This document shows, in pieces, positions 40,463 through 49,390 of a stretch of DNA of 64,000 nucleotides. A model generated the notes under the pieces. The model saw only the letters and a list, made by a program, of their open reading frames with translations. It did no database searches and had not been told where the DNA came from. This DNA is from Candidatus Limnocylindrales bacterium (GTDB taxonomy: Bacteria; Chloroflexota; Limnocylindria; Limnocylindrales; CSP1-4). Position numbers and translations under genes: made by a program. Location of the stretch: assembly GCA_035720425.1 (NCBI GenBank), contig DASTOB010000210.1, positions 2,638 to 66,637 of the forward strand, in the 5' to 3' direction. The number at the start of each line of letters is the position of its first letter. Position 1 is the stretch's first letter.

Positions 40463-41332
40463 TCAGCCGCCCAGCAGTTCGCGCAGGTCGATCCGGCCGT
40501 CGTGGCTGTAGACGTTGAAGCCGTCGCCGCGCAGGAAGCCGACCAGCGTCACGCCGAGCCGCTCGGCGGCGGCGATCGCGAGGTCCGTCGGGGCCGATAC
40601 GGCGCACACGATCGGGATGCCGGCGACCGCCGCCTTCTGGACGATCTCGAAGCTGACCCTGCCGCTGACCATGAGGATCCGATCGTGGAGCGGCAGCGCG
40701 CCGGCGAGCACCTGCGAGCCGACGAGCTTGTCGAGGGCGTTGTGCCGGCCGACGTCCTCGCGGATGGCGACGAGTCGGCCGTCCGGAGCGAACAGGCCGG
40801 CGGCGTGGACGCCGCCGCTGGCCTCGAAGTCGACCTGGGCGGCCCGGAGGGCGTCAGGGAGGGCAAGGATCACTTGGCGTGCCACGACGGGCTCGCCGTC
40901 GGGGAGCGGATCGCAGCGCACGGCGACCTCGTCGAGCGATGCCTTGCCGCAGATCCCGCAGCTTGCCGTGGCGACGAAGTGGCGCTCCGCGACGCGGCTC
41001 GCGTCGAACGGGCGCGACAGGCGGACGATCACCTCGTCGTCCGGCTGGCTCGTCCGGGCCGGGTCGCCGAACGTCACCCGGACGACCTCGTCGCCCGCGA
41101 TGAGGCCTTCGGTGCGCAGGAAGCCGACGGCAAGCTCTGCCTCGTGGCCGGGCGTCCGCATCGTCACCGCGACCGACACCGGTTCCTGGCCGGGCCCCGC
41201 GGCTCGGATCTCCATCGGGTCCTCGCCGGCGACCACGTCGGCGCGGACCTCGAGCTCCGATCCGCGGACCGCGACGACGCGCGCCGACGCGAGGTGGCGG
41301 GTCGGCGGCCGGAGCGCCTCGTTCGTGGCCAT
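40463..41332 (-). CDS. fdhD: formate dehydrogenase accessory sulfurtransferase FdhD
   Basis: Conserved SCGICGK cysteine motif. 289 aa. Confidence 0.85.
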   Translation of the reverse strand: MATNEALRPPTRHLASARVVAVRGSELEVRADVVAGEDPMEIRAAGPGQEPVSVAVTMRTPGHEAELAVGFLRTEGLIAGDEVVRVTFGDPARTSQPDDEVIVRLSRPFDASRVAERHFVATASCGICGKASLDEVAVRCDPLPDGEPVVARQVILALPDALRAAQVDFEASGGVHAAGLFAPDGRLVAIREDVGRHNALDKLVGSQVLAGALPLHDRILMVSGRVSFEIVQKAAVAGIPIVCAVSAPTDLAIAAAERLGVTLVGFLRGDGFNVYSHDGRIDLRELLGG

Positions 41333-41392
41333 GGTCGGCCGAGTCTACAGGCGGCGCGCCTCAGGAGCCGCGCCTCCTGCGCGGCGACCGGG

Positions 41393-43297
41393 TTACAGGC
41401 CGGGCAGCCCGCCGCTCACCGTGATGTTGCCCTTCGACACGACCCCGAACGCGCCGTAGCCGGTCCCGGTGACGATGCGGAACGTGTCGGCGCCGGCCTT
41501 GCCGAGATCCTCCACCTCGACGACGAAGCCCACGCCGGGCACCCCGTCGACCGTCGCCCGGCCGGTGATGGTCGCGCGACTTCCCGCGATCGTGAGCGAG
41601 TCGATGGCCGTTGCGTCGACCCTCGTCCCGGAGGTCCGGTCGCGGAAGTGGACGCCGCCGGTCGGAGTTGGCGCGCCGAGGACGTAGGCGACGTCGAACC
41701 CGAACTGCGCCTGGCCGCCGACCGCGGTGCCACGCAGGATCGTGAACTCGGCCAGCTCACCCGCCAGCTGCCCGCCGCCGCCGGTCGAGCCCGGCGTGTT
41801 CGTCGGTCGGACGATGCAGCCGAGGCCGTCGCAGTCCGAGAAGGCGTATACGTCGAGGCCACGGGCCATGTCGCCCGCGTAGATGAACCCCTTGTACTCC
41901 TTGGCCGACCACGTGTCCGCTCCCGGCATGACGATCCAGCCGAGCGTGTTCGCCCACGTCGAACGCGGGTCCTCGGCGATGCCGTCGGCCGCGCTCGACG
42001 GTCCGGCGAAGTCGAGGTGCCAGACGCCGGCGCCGTAGTGGGCGGTCACGAGCTCGCGGCCCGGCAGCGACGAGACACCGTCGAAGCCGGCGGCGATCGG
42101 TCCGGGACCGGCGGAGCCGTTGCCCCCGTTCCTGAAGACGTGGATCGTGCAGCCCCGCTCCGTCCGGCCGATCGCCGTCAACGCCGGGGCGAGGGGGTCG
42201 ATCGCGAGCGTCGGGTTGGGATACACCCATGTGCCGAGCTTGCGCGGCGCCCCGAGATCGTCGAGCGACCAGAAGTGGGCCCCGCCGATCTTGCCGGTCG
42301 GGCTCTGGTTGCACGCGGTCTCGGTCAGCCCGCCGCCCGCCTCGTCGGTCACGACGAGGATTCGGCCGTCCGACGACGTGTCGGCCTGGTGGGCCAGCTG
42401 GATGATCTGGCCGTCGGCGCCCTGCCCCGGCGCCGCCACGTTCGGGATGGTCGCGAGGACGGTCGGCACCCGACCGTCGAGCACGCCGGACACGTCGACG
42501 ACGCGGGTCGAGTCGAGACCCGCCGAGTAGAGGGTGTTCCCGTCGCGCGAGAACGACACGTCGTGCGCGTCGTCGACGATCGAATCGGGCAGGAATCGTG
42601 CGAGCGTCGGCGTCGCGCCGCGGATGTCGACGGCCTCGAGGCCGACGAACGAGGTGTTCACGGAGATCCACTCGCCGGACGGATGGATGGTGACCGTGTG
42701 GGCGCCCGACGATCCCTGGCTCGACAGGTAGCAGTCGACGAGCTGCGTCTGGAACGTCGCCGACACGGGGTCGAATTCGAGTCGAACGATGTCGATGCCG
42801 GCGCGGGTGAGGCCCGTCGTCCCGCTGCCCTTGTCGCGGAGGCAGGTCGAGGTCGCCCCGCTCACCCCGAGCGAGTCGAAGCCGAGGACGAGCAGGTCGC
42901 CGCGGAGGGAGACGTCGTTCTGGTAGCCCGGGTCGGTGTACGCCCCGGCCGACGTGGGATGTGCCGGATCGGTGATGTCGAAGATCCGCGTGCCGCCGCC
43001 CATCGTGCCGAGGAACGCGTAGTCGTGGACCGTTCCGTCGGCGGCGGTCCGGGACTGGAACTCGATGTCCGTGCCGACGAACCCGCACACGTTGGCGAGG
43101 TGGGACAGGTTCTTGGCACTGCGCGGTGCGAGCCCGGGCGTCGAGAGGGCCTCGCAGGGCAGCGCGACGCCGCGCACCGGATCGAGCGGTTCCTCCTGCG
43201 CCGACGATCCGGGGATCGGCATCACCTGGCCGACGAGCAGGATTCCGAGACCGACGGCCACCGGGCGAGCCAGGGCGAACAAGCGACGCGGCGACAT
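41393..43297 (-). CDS. secreted repeat protein, probable beta-propeller (LVIVD-like)
   Basis: Signal peptide MSPRRLFALARPVAVGLGILLV...AQE. Repeated G/D/T-rich blades. The longer ORF to 43627 was rejected. Confidence 0.45.
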   Translation of the reverse strand: MSPRRLFALARPVAVGLGILLVGQVMPIPGSSAQEEPLDPVRGVALPCEALSTPGLAPRSAKNLSHLANVCGFVGTDIEFQSRTAADGTVHDYAFLGTMGGGTRIFDITDPAHPTSAGAYTDPGYQNDVSLRGDLLVLGFDSLGVSGATSTCLRDKGSGTTGLTRAGIDIVRLEFDPVSATFQTQLVDCYLSSQGSSGAHTVTIHPSGEWISVNTSFVGLEAVDIRGATPTLARFLPDSIVDDAHDVSFSRDGNTLYSAGLDSTRVVDVSGVLDGRVPTVLATIPNVAAPGQGADGQIIQLAHQADTSSDGRILVVTDEAGGGLTETACNQSPTGKIGGAHFWSLDDLGAPRKLGTWVYPNPTLAIDPLAPALTAIGRTERGCTIHVFRNGGNGSAGPGPIAAGFDGVSSLPGRELVTAHYGAGVWHLDFAGPSSAADGIAEDPRSTWANTLGWIVMPGADTWSAKEYKGFIYAGDMARGLDVYAFSDCDGLGCIVRPTNTPGSTGGGGQLAGELAEFTILRGTAVGGQAQFGFDVAYVLGAPTPTGGVHFRDRTSGTRVDATAIDSLTIAGSRATITGRATVDGVPGVGFVVEVEDLGKAGADTFRIVTGTGYGAFGVVSKGNITVSGGLPGL

Positions 43298-43385
43298 GGC
43301 TGGAGCTCCTCCCACGCTGTGATGGGGTTGTAGGCGCCGGGCGACGTTCAACCCATCCCCGCGGTCGCGGTGGGCATTGCAGTTG

Positions 43386-43640
43386 TGTTTCACGGACGTC
43401 ATCTCGCCGGCCTCCCGGATCCGTTCTTCGGGGAGCGACGAATCCGGCGAACGGGCCGCCAATCCCGGCCGGCCTCCCGGATCCGTTCTTCGGGGAGCGA
43501 CGAATCCGGCGAACGGGCCGCCAATCCCGGCCGGCGTCCCGGATCTGTTCTTCGTGGAGGGACGAACCCGGCCATCGGCCCGGCATCGGAGCCCGCGAAC
43601 CGCATTTCGTTCTTCCGGGAGCACCAACCACGCTTTCGGC
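43386..43640. repeat. tandem ~58-bp repeat array (2 perfect and 2 degenerate copies) in a divergent intergenic region
   Basis: GGCCTCCCGGATCCGTTCTTCGGGGAGCGACGAATCCGGCGAACGGGCCGCCAATCCCGGCC is repeated exactly twice, then followed by decayed copies. Confidence 0.7.
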
Positions 43641-43704
43641 CGGATTGCCCGACGATTCGCGGCCCGGCCACCCGCGCGTCGAGCCCTCGTACACTCTCCG
43701 GGCG

Positions 43705-44211
43705 ATGGACGACCGACCCATCCTTACCCCCGGCGAGCGCTCGTTCGTGGCCGACGCGCGTCGTGCGATCCTCGCGACGGTGAGCCCGAGCGGGGCGCCG
43801 CGTCTCGTCCCTGTCTGCTTCGTCGTCGCGCCCGGTGGCGATCGGCTGGGGCGGCCGATGCTCTACTCCCCGATCGATGAGAAACCGAAGGCGAGCCCGG
43901 ATCCGCGCGCCCTCAGCCGCGTCCAGGACCTGCTCGTGCTTCCGGACGTGAGCCTCCTGGTCGATCGCTGGGACGAGGACTGGACCCGACTGGCGTGGGT
44001 CCGCCTCTACGGCCGCGGGGTCCTGCTCGAGCCGCAGCCGCATGAACGGGAGGAGCACGCGATGGCGGTCGGCCTGCTCCGGGCGAAGTACGCGCAGTAC
44101 GCGTCCCACCGCCTCGAGGAGCGGCCGATCATCCGAATCGTCGTCGACCGATCCCGCAGCTGGGGCGCCGTCGCCGATGGGTTGCCGGAGGCTGAGCATG
44201 CCGTCGGCTGA
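43705..44211 (+). CDS. pyridoxamine 5'-phosphate oxidase (PPOX) family / F420-dependent-like protein
   Basis: 168 aa. RRAILATVSPSGAPRLVPVCFVV split-barrel N-terminus. Confidence 0.6.
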   Translation: MDDRPILTPGERSFVADARRAILATVSPSGAPRLVPVCFVVAPGGDRLGRPMLYSPIDEKPKASPDPRALSRVQDLLVLPDVSLLVDRWDEDWTRLAWVRLYGRGVLLEPQPHEREEHAMAVGLLRAKYAQYASHRLEERPIIRIVVDRSRSWGAVADGLPEAEHAVG

Positions 44212-44219
44212 GCGGTGAT

Positions 44220-44700
44220 GCGTGGGTGCCGTTGCTCGCGCCTCGCGCGGAGCGGCCGTGCGAATCGTCCCCATTCGTACCGGAGCCGCTAGAGCTCCTC
44301 GCCGTCGCAGTGGTCTGCCCTCATCGCCGGCCGTAAGGCGCTCGGCACCGCCTCCATTCATGTCGCCACGGGGGCCGAGTGCACAAGGATCGGCGCTCAA
44401 GATCCGGCCGTCCGCTTATTGACATAGCTGCACCGGGCGCATGAATGGGGTCGATCCGCCGACGCTCAAGCCACTGGCCGGGGCGCGGCGCGAGGCCCGG
44501 AGGCCTCTCCACGCGGCCCTTGTCGCTGCGACACGAATGGGACCGATCCGCCTGCCCGAAAACCCGACGCCAGCGCGACGCGCGCCCAACAACCCGACGC
44601 CGGGCCGATCCGCGCCCGAAAAGCCGACGCCGGGACGATCCGCCCGCCCCAAGCCCGACGCCGGGGCAGCCTGCCAGCCCGCAAGCCGGCGCGCGGACGA
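44220..44700. repeat. repeat-rich non-coding segment: CCCCATTCATG-core repeats plus ~30-bp tandem units
   Basis: The motifs CGTCCCCATTCGT, CCTCCATTCATG, CGCATGAATGGGGTCGATCCGCC and CGACACGAATGGGACCGATCCGCC recur. Tandem CCCGAAAA(C/G)CCGACGCC units sit at 44560-44690. The segment 44388-44450 is a near-exact inverted copy of 47668-47735. Confidence 0.55.
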
Positions 44701-44706
44701 CCCGAG

Positions 44707-45942
44707 CTACGCCCCGCGGTCGAGGAACAACGCCCCGGCCACGGGACGGAGACAGTGCGTCGTGCTCATCGCCTGGTGGTAGCCGCCACCGTTGAGCAGC
44801 GCGACGATGTCGCCCTCCTCGACCGGCATCATCGGGTAGTCCTCGGCGAACACGTCGCCGGCCTCGTTGATGTGGCCGGCCACCGTGACGGTCCACGCGC
44901 GCGCCGCCGCCGCGTCGCGGCACAGCACGAGCTCCTGCGCGTAGCGGTAGATGAAATACGCGTTGTTGACGTTCCAGCCGAGGTCGAGGCCGACGAACAG
45001 CACGCTCCCGCGCTGCTCGACGGTCACCACCTCGCCGATCAGGATCGCCGCGTCCTTGGTCAGGTAGTCGCCCGGCTCGCACGCGACGACGACGTCGAGA
45101 GGCCCCAGATGCCGGGTCAGCACGGCGGCCCAGGCGTCGACGTCGACCGGCGGCTCGTCGTCGCGCGCCGGACGACCGAGCCCGCCACCAACGTTCACCT
45201 CCCGCAGCGGGTGGCCGGCGTCGATGAGCCGCCGCGCCGTCGCCGCCACGCGGGCCGTCGTGCGCTCGACGTCGGCGAGCCGGTCGCCGAGCCAGCCCGA
45301 CCCAGCGTGGACGTGGACCGTGTCGACGACGAGTCCGTGGCGGGCCGCCGCGGCGAGCGCGTGGTCGAGCCGGTCGTCGCCGATCCCGAACTTGGTCGGG
45401 CGCTCGCCGCTGTACTCGAGCCCGGCGTGATACCCGACGCCGGATCCCGGGTTGACCCGAAGGCCGATCCGCGAGCCCGGCGCCCTTCGGCCGTACCGCT
45501 CGACCTGGCTGACCGCGTCGAGGTTGACGTGCACGCCGTGCTCGAGGAGGACGTCGAGGTCTCGCTCCGAGACGTTCGTTCCGGTGAAGCTGATCTCGTC
45601 GGCCCGCCAGCCATGGGCGAGCGCATGGAGCACCTCGCCCGGCGAGCACGCGTCGATACCGACCGACTCCGCGGCGCCGGGCGGCCCGAGGCCACGAAGC
45701 ACCTCGAGAACCTCCGGCTCGCGGTTCGCCTTGAGCGCGAAGCGCACGACGTGGCGCAACCCGGCGCGGCCAAGGGCGCCGTGGAGGTCGCGCACCGCCT
45801 CGGCCACCCGGGCGCGGTCGTACACGAAGAGCGGCGTCCCGTGCCGCCGGGCCAGGGCCTCCGCGTCGCGGCCGGCGATCGACAGCCGGCCGCCCACGAT
45901 CCCGAGCCCCGGCCGGACCCACCATGGGTCGGCGGTCGTCAC
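44707..45942 (-). CDS. lysA: diaminopimelate decarboxylase
   Basis: Orn/DAP/Arg decarboxylase fold with FALKAN (PLP Lys). GTG start at 45942 overlaps the upstream stop. The longer ORF to 46335 was rejected. Confidence 0.85.
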   Translation of the reverse strand: MTTADPWWVRPGLGIVGGRLSIAGRDAEALARRHGTPLFVYDRARVAEAVRDLHGALGRAGLRHVVRFALKANREPEVLEVLRGLGPPGAAESVGIDACSPGEVLHALAHGWRADEISFTGTNVSERDLDVLLEHGVHVNLDAVSQVERYGRRAPGSRIGLRVNPGSGVGYHAGLEYSGERPTKFGIGDDRLDHALAAAARHGLVVDTVHVHAGSGWLGDRLADVERTTARVAATARRLIDAGHPLREVNVGGGLGRPARDDEPPVDVDAWAAVLTRHLGPLDVVVACEPGDYLTKDAAILIGEVVTVEQRGSVLFVGLDLGWNVNNAYFIYRYAQELVLCRDAAAARAWTVTVAGHINEAGDVFAEDYPMMPVEEGDIVALLNGGGYHQAMSTTHCLRPVAGALFLDRGA

Positions 45943-46196
45943 ACGCGGGCGCGCGCCTGGCCCGATCCGGGTACCCAGCGATCCGGTCCGGGCTCGACGT
46001 CGACCCCGAGCGCCTCGAGCAGGCGGCGCGCCGCGGCGCCGACCTCGTCGACGGCGGCGTCGAACGCCTCCGAATTCCGGGCCGACGGGGCGCGGTAGCC
46101 GCTCACCTTGCGCACGAACTGGCGAGCAGCGGCCTCGATCTCGCCGGTCGTGGCGGCCGTCTCGGCGCGCCGGAGGGTCTTGATGCTGCGACACAT
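45939..46196 (-). CDS. DUF2277 family protein
   Basis: 85 aa beginning MCRSIKTLRR...EIEAAARQFVRKVSGY. Family recalled from memory. Confidence 0.55.
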   Translation of the reverse strand: MCRSIKTLRRAETAATTGEIEAAARQFVRKVSGYRAPSARNSEAFDAAVDEVGAAARRLLEALGVDVEPGPDRWVPGSGQARARV

Positions 46197-46234
46197 GAGC
46201 GCAGCGTAACGGGTATCGCGGGTACCGTATCCCG

Positions 46235-47152
46235 GTGACCGCGTCCATTCCGACCCGCCGTCGGCCCGGTCTCCGGTGGTGGGTTGTCCGGCTCGCGGCC
46301 GGCGTCGTCATCGGCCTCGTCGTCGCGCTCGCCATCGACGTCGTGCGGCTCGGCGGGCCCGAGCGCTGGTTCGCTGCGCATCGGCTGCCGCCGCCCTACC
46401 TGCCGATCGGCCGAACGATCGTCGTGGACGGCGCGCCCACCTACCTCGACTGTCGCGGCTCCGGATCGCCGACGGTCATCCTCGAGTCCGGCCTCGGCAC
46501 CGGGGCGGCGGGTTGGGGCTTCGTGCTCGACGACACCGCGGCCCTCACGCGGACGTGCACGTGGGACCGGCCCGGGATCGGCAACAGCGCTTCGATCGGG
46601 CGGCACGACGCGGCGGACGCGGCCGCGCGCCTGCGGTCGACGCTCGACGCGGCCGGCGAGCCCGGCCCGTTCATCGTCGTAGGCCACTCGCTCGGCGGCG
46701 TCTACGCGCGAGTCTTCTCGGCCGCCCACGCGGATGAGGTCGTCGGCGCCGTCCTCGTCGATCCGTACCTGCCGGACATCCATCCCGTGCGCGAGGTCGA
46801 CCTGCCGGCGGCGCTGCGCGACACGTGGCTCGCCGGTCTCGACGAGACCAACCGGCTCATCGAGGCGACCGAGGACCTCGACTGGGCGGCGACCGCCGAC
46901 CAGCTCGCGGACGCAGATCTCGGCGACCTGCCGCTCGAGCTCCTGTTCGTCGAGCAGCGCTTCCGCTGGGAAGATGCGTTCGAGCCGTACGAGGCCGCCC
47001 TCATCGCGGCCTGGCAGCCGCTCGTCCTCGGCCTGTCGGGCGACGCGCGCCTGACGATCGCGGTGAACGCCACGCACATGATCCAGTGGGACAAACCGGA
47101 CCTCGTGGTGGCCGCGATTCGGCGGCTCGTCGAGGAGGCGCGCGCAGACTGA
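46235..47152 (+). CDS. alpha/beta hydrolase
   Basis: GHSLGG nucleophile elbow. N-terminal TM/signal. Confidence 0.8.
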   Translation: MTASIPTRRRPGLRWWVVRLAAGVVIGLVVALAIDVVRLGGPERWFAAHRLPPPYLPIGRTIVVDGAPTYLDCRGSGSPTVILESGLGTGAAGWGFVLDDTAALTRTCTWDRPGIGNSASIGRHDAADAAARLRSTLDAAGEPGPFIVVGHSLGGVYARVFSAAHADEVVGAVLVDPYLPDIHPVREVDLPAALRDTWLAGLDETNRLIEATEDLDWAATADQLADADLGDLPLELLFVEQRFRWEDAFEPYEAALIAAWQPLVLGLSGDARLTIAVNATHMIQWDKPDLVVAAIRRLVEEARAD

Positions 47153-47399
47153 TGAGGCGGCGCGTGCGGACCGCTGAGGCGGCCGGCCTCGCGGTGCGGT
47201 GCGTACCCCGTCAGGATTGACTCAAGTTCCCGCCTCGCACGCTCGGCGACGCGGCGATTCGAGCAGATCCTGATGTTGGCCGGGCGTGCCGGCCCTGATT
47301 CTCATTCACGGCTGGGGAACCGGCAGGGTCCCCGGGCACGAGTCGCCGGGCGGGAGGGCCGGGCGCCGCGGTCCACGACCGTGGGGCGGTCAATTCGGG

Positions 47400-48130
47400 T
47401 CGTCTGCGCGCCGACTTGCGGGCGGGCGTATCGGCACCGGCGTCGGCCGTCGGGCGGGCGGAGCGCCCGGCGCGCTCGGCCGTCGGGCGGGCGGAGCGCC
47501 CGGGCGCCGGCCCGTCGGGCGGGCGGAGCGTTCGGGCGGGCGGAGCGCCCGGTGCGCTCGGCCGTCGGGCGCGACGATCGTCCCCATTGGTGTCGCTGCG
47601 CCAAGGCCCGCGCGCAGGGCCTCAGCGGTTCCCGCGCCGCGCCGTGCCGGCAGCTTGACCGTGGCCGGATCGGCCCCATTCATGCGCCCGGCGCGCCGAT
47701 GTGGATAAGCGGACGGCCGGATCTGGAGCGCCGATCGTTGTCCGCCCGCTCGCTCTTGCGTCATGAATGGGGGCGCTGCGGAGCGCCATATTCTTGGCGG
47801 TGGGAACAGACGCGACGACGCCGCGGAGCCCAAGCGGCTCCGGCACGAACGGGGACGATTCTCACGGCCTTTTCCCGTCTGGCGCACGGTTCGTGGAGGC
47901 GGCGGCGGGCGCGGTGCCCGGCGCTCCCTGCCCGCAGCACCGTGCCGAGCACGCCGCCTGTGCCGAGCCAACACCGCGGCCGACCCACGACCCCTGCCGA
48001 GCCACAACCCCTGCCGACCCACAACCGCGGCCGAGCTACGACCCCTGCCGAGCCACAACCCCTGCCGAGCCAACACCGCGGCCGACCCACGACCCCTGCC
48101 GAGCCACAACCCCTGCCGACCCACGACCGC
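47400..48130. repeat. gene-free repeat-rich region: 33-bp tandem GGCCGTCGGGCGGGCGGAGCGCCCGG units, CCCCATTCATG-core repeats, and 4 copies of a ~33-bp CGAGCCACAACCCCTGCCGACCCACAACCGCGGC unit
   Basis: Direct inspection. No credible ORF spans it; 47273..48907 and 47390..48157 are read-throughs of repeats. Confidence 0.55.
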
Positions 48131-48227
48131 CGCCGGCACCGCGGCCGATGGTGTCACGGTGCACCGAACGATCGGCCCCTTCGACCCGGGACGCCAGGAC
48201 CAGGGTCAGGCGGCGGCCGCCGGGGCG

Positions 48228-49370
48228 ATGCTCGGCCGCGTGACGCCTGCGACCCGCTCGCCACGCCGCCGGACCGCCCCCCGAGCCTCGATCGCCTGGG
48301 CCGTGGGGCTGAGCGTGCTCATCTCGTTCGGTGCGGCGCCCGCGTTCGCGGCGGAACCGGAGCCGACGCCGACGGCCGACCCGGCCGCGGAGCCGACGGC
48401 CGACCCGGCAGCGGAGCCGACGGCCACGCCGACGCCGACGCCGGAACCGACGCCTCCGCCGACACCCGACCCGACCCCGGAACCGACGCCTCCACCCGCG
48501 CCGACACCCGAACCGACGCCGACACCCGCACCGACGCCGACTCCCACGCCGGAGCCGCCACCTGCCCCGACCCCCTCTCCGGCACCACTGCCGCCCCCGG
48601 AGCCAACCCCTCCGCCCGCGCCCGCTCCGACGCCCGCTCCGACGTGGACGAGACCTGCGGTCGCGCCCGCCTGGCTCAACCTGTACTCGCCGACATCGTT
48701 CCTCTACCAGGACCCCAATCCGCATGCCTGCACCGCGACGGCAACGCAGATCATGCTCAACATCGTCGCGGCAACGGGCAGCGGGGGAAGCGGCTTCGCG
48801 TGGCTCCCGACGACGGACAGCGCGACCCGCGACGCCCTCCTCGCATGGGAACGCGGGAACGACACACTGCCGGCCGGTCGCGGGTCGGACCCGCACGGCT
48901 GGCGTAACGCGCTCAACGCCTTCGGTTGGGGCGGGAGCGCGCAGTACCAGGGCAACCGAGTGTACGAGGACGTCGCCTATCCGACCTTCGACGCCGCCGT
49001 CAAGGACGCGGTCCGCGCGCTCATCCTGACCGGCAAGCCGGTCGGCATCCTCGGCTGGCGCGGGCGTCACGCCCAGTTCATCACCGGCTACTACGGGCTG
49101 CGTGGCGATCCGTTTGCCCGAAACCGCCGGGGCGGGTACACGAACGCCTTTCGCATCGGCGGCTTCTACCTCACCGATCCCCTCGCGTCGTCGGGCATCG
49201 TGAATCGTCGCGTGTCGTACGGGACCCTTCGGAACTCCCGGAACGGCCGGGTGCGATTCGCCCCGTACTTCGAACGGGACAGCCGCCTCGACGACCCGTA
49301 CACGGCCGGCGCCCGTCCGTCGTGGCGAGAGTGGTACCGGCGCTACGTGGTGATCCTGCCCGTCCGCTGA
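48228..49370 (+). CDS. secreted protein with Pro/Thr-rich linker and C-terminal papain-fold Peptidase_C39_2-like domain
   Basis: Signal peptide ...AWAVGLSVLISFGAAPAFA. An (EPTPxP)n linker. Cys in ACTATATQIMLNIV and GKPVGILGWRGRHAQFITGY (G-H motif). Paralog of 58052..58831. Confidence 0.6.
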   Translation: MLGRVTPATRSPRRRTAPRASIAWAVGLSVLISFGAAPAFAAEPEPTPTADPAAEPTADPAAEPTATPTPTPEPTPPPTPDPTPEPTPPPAPTPEPTPTPAPTPTPTPEPPPAPTPSPAPLPPPEPTPPPAPAPTPAPTWTRPAVAPAWLNLYSPTSFLYQDPNPHACTATATQIMLNIVAATGSGGSGFAWLPTTDSATRDALLAWERGNDTLPAGRGSDPHGWRNALNAFGWGGSAQYQGNRVYEDVAYPTFDAAVKDAVRALILTGKPVGILGWRGRHAQFITGYYGLRGDPFARNRRGGYTNAFRIGGFYLTDPLASSGIVNRRVSYGTLRNSRNGRVRFAPYFERDSRLDDPYTAGARPSWREWYRRYVVILPVR

Positions 49371-49390
49371 CCGGCTATCGTCAGCGCTGC

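Noticed and set aside
43298-43627. N-terminal extension of the secreted propeller protein (ORF to 43627)
   Set aside because: The extension is translated from the 58-bp tandem repeats and precedes an obvious signal peptide starting at M(43297).
47440-47580. Possible CRISPR array (33-bp repeats); also 44560..44690 with ~17-bp repeats and ~13-bp spacers
   Set aside because: The units are directly tandem or separated by very short, mutually similar spacers. There is no leader and no cas genes in the window. Ordinary tandem repeats.
47273-48907. 544-aa ORF spanning the repeat region into the secreted protein gene
   Set aside because: A clear signal peptide (RRRTAPRASIAWAVGLSVLISFGAAPAFA) occurs internally. 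The upstream part is a translation of tandem DNA repeats, so the start was placed at ATG 48228.
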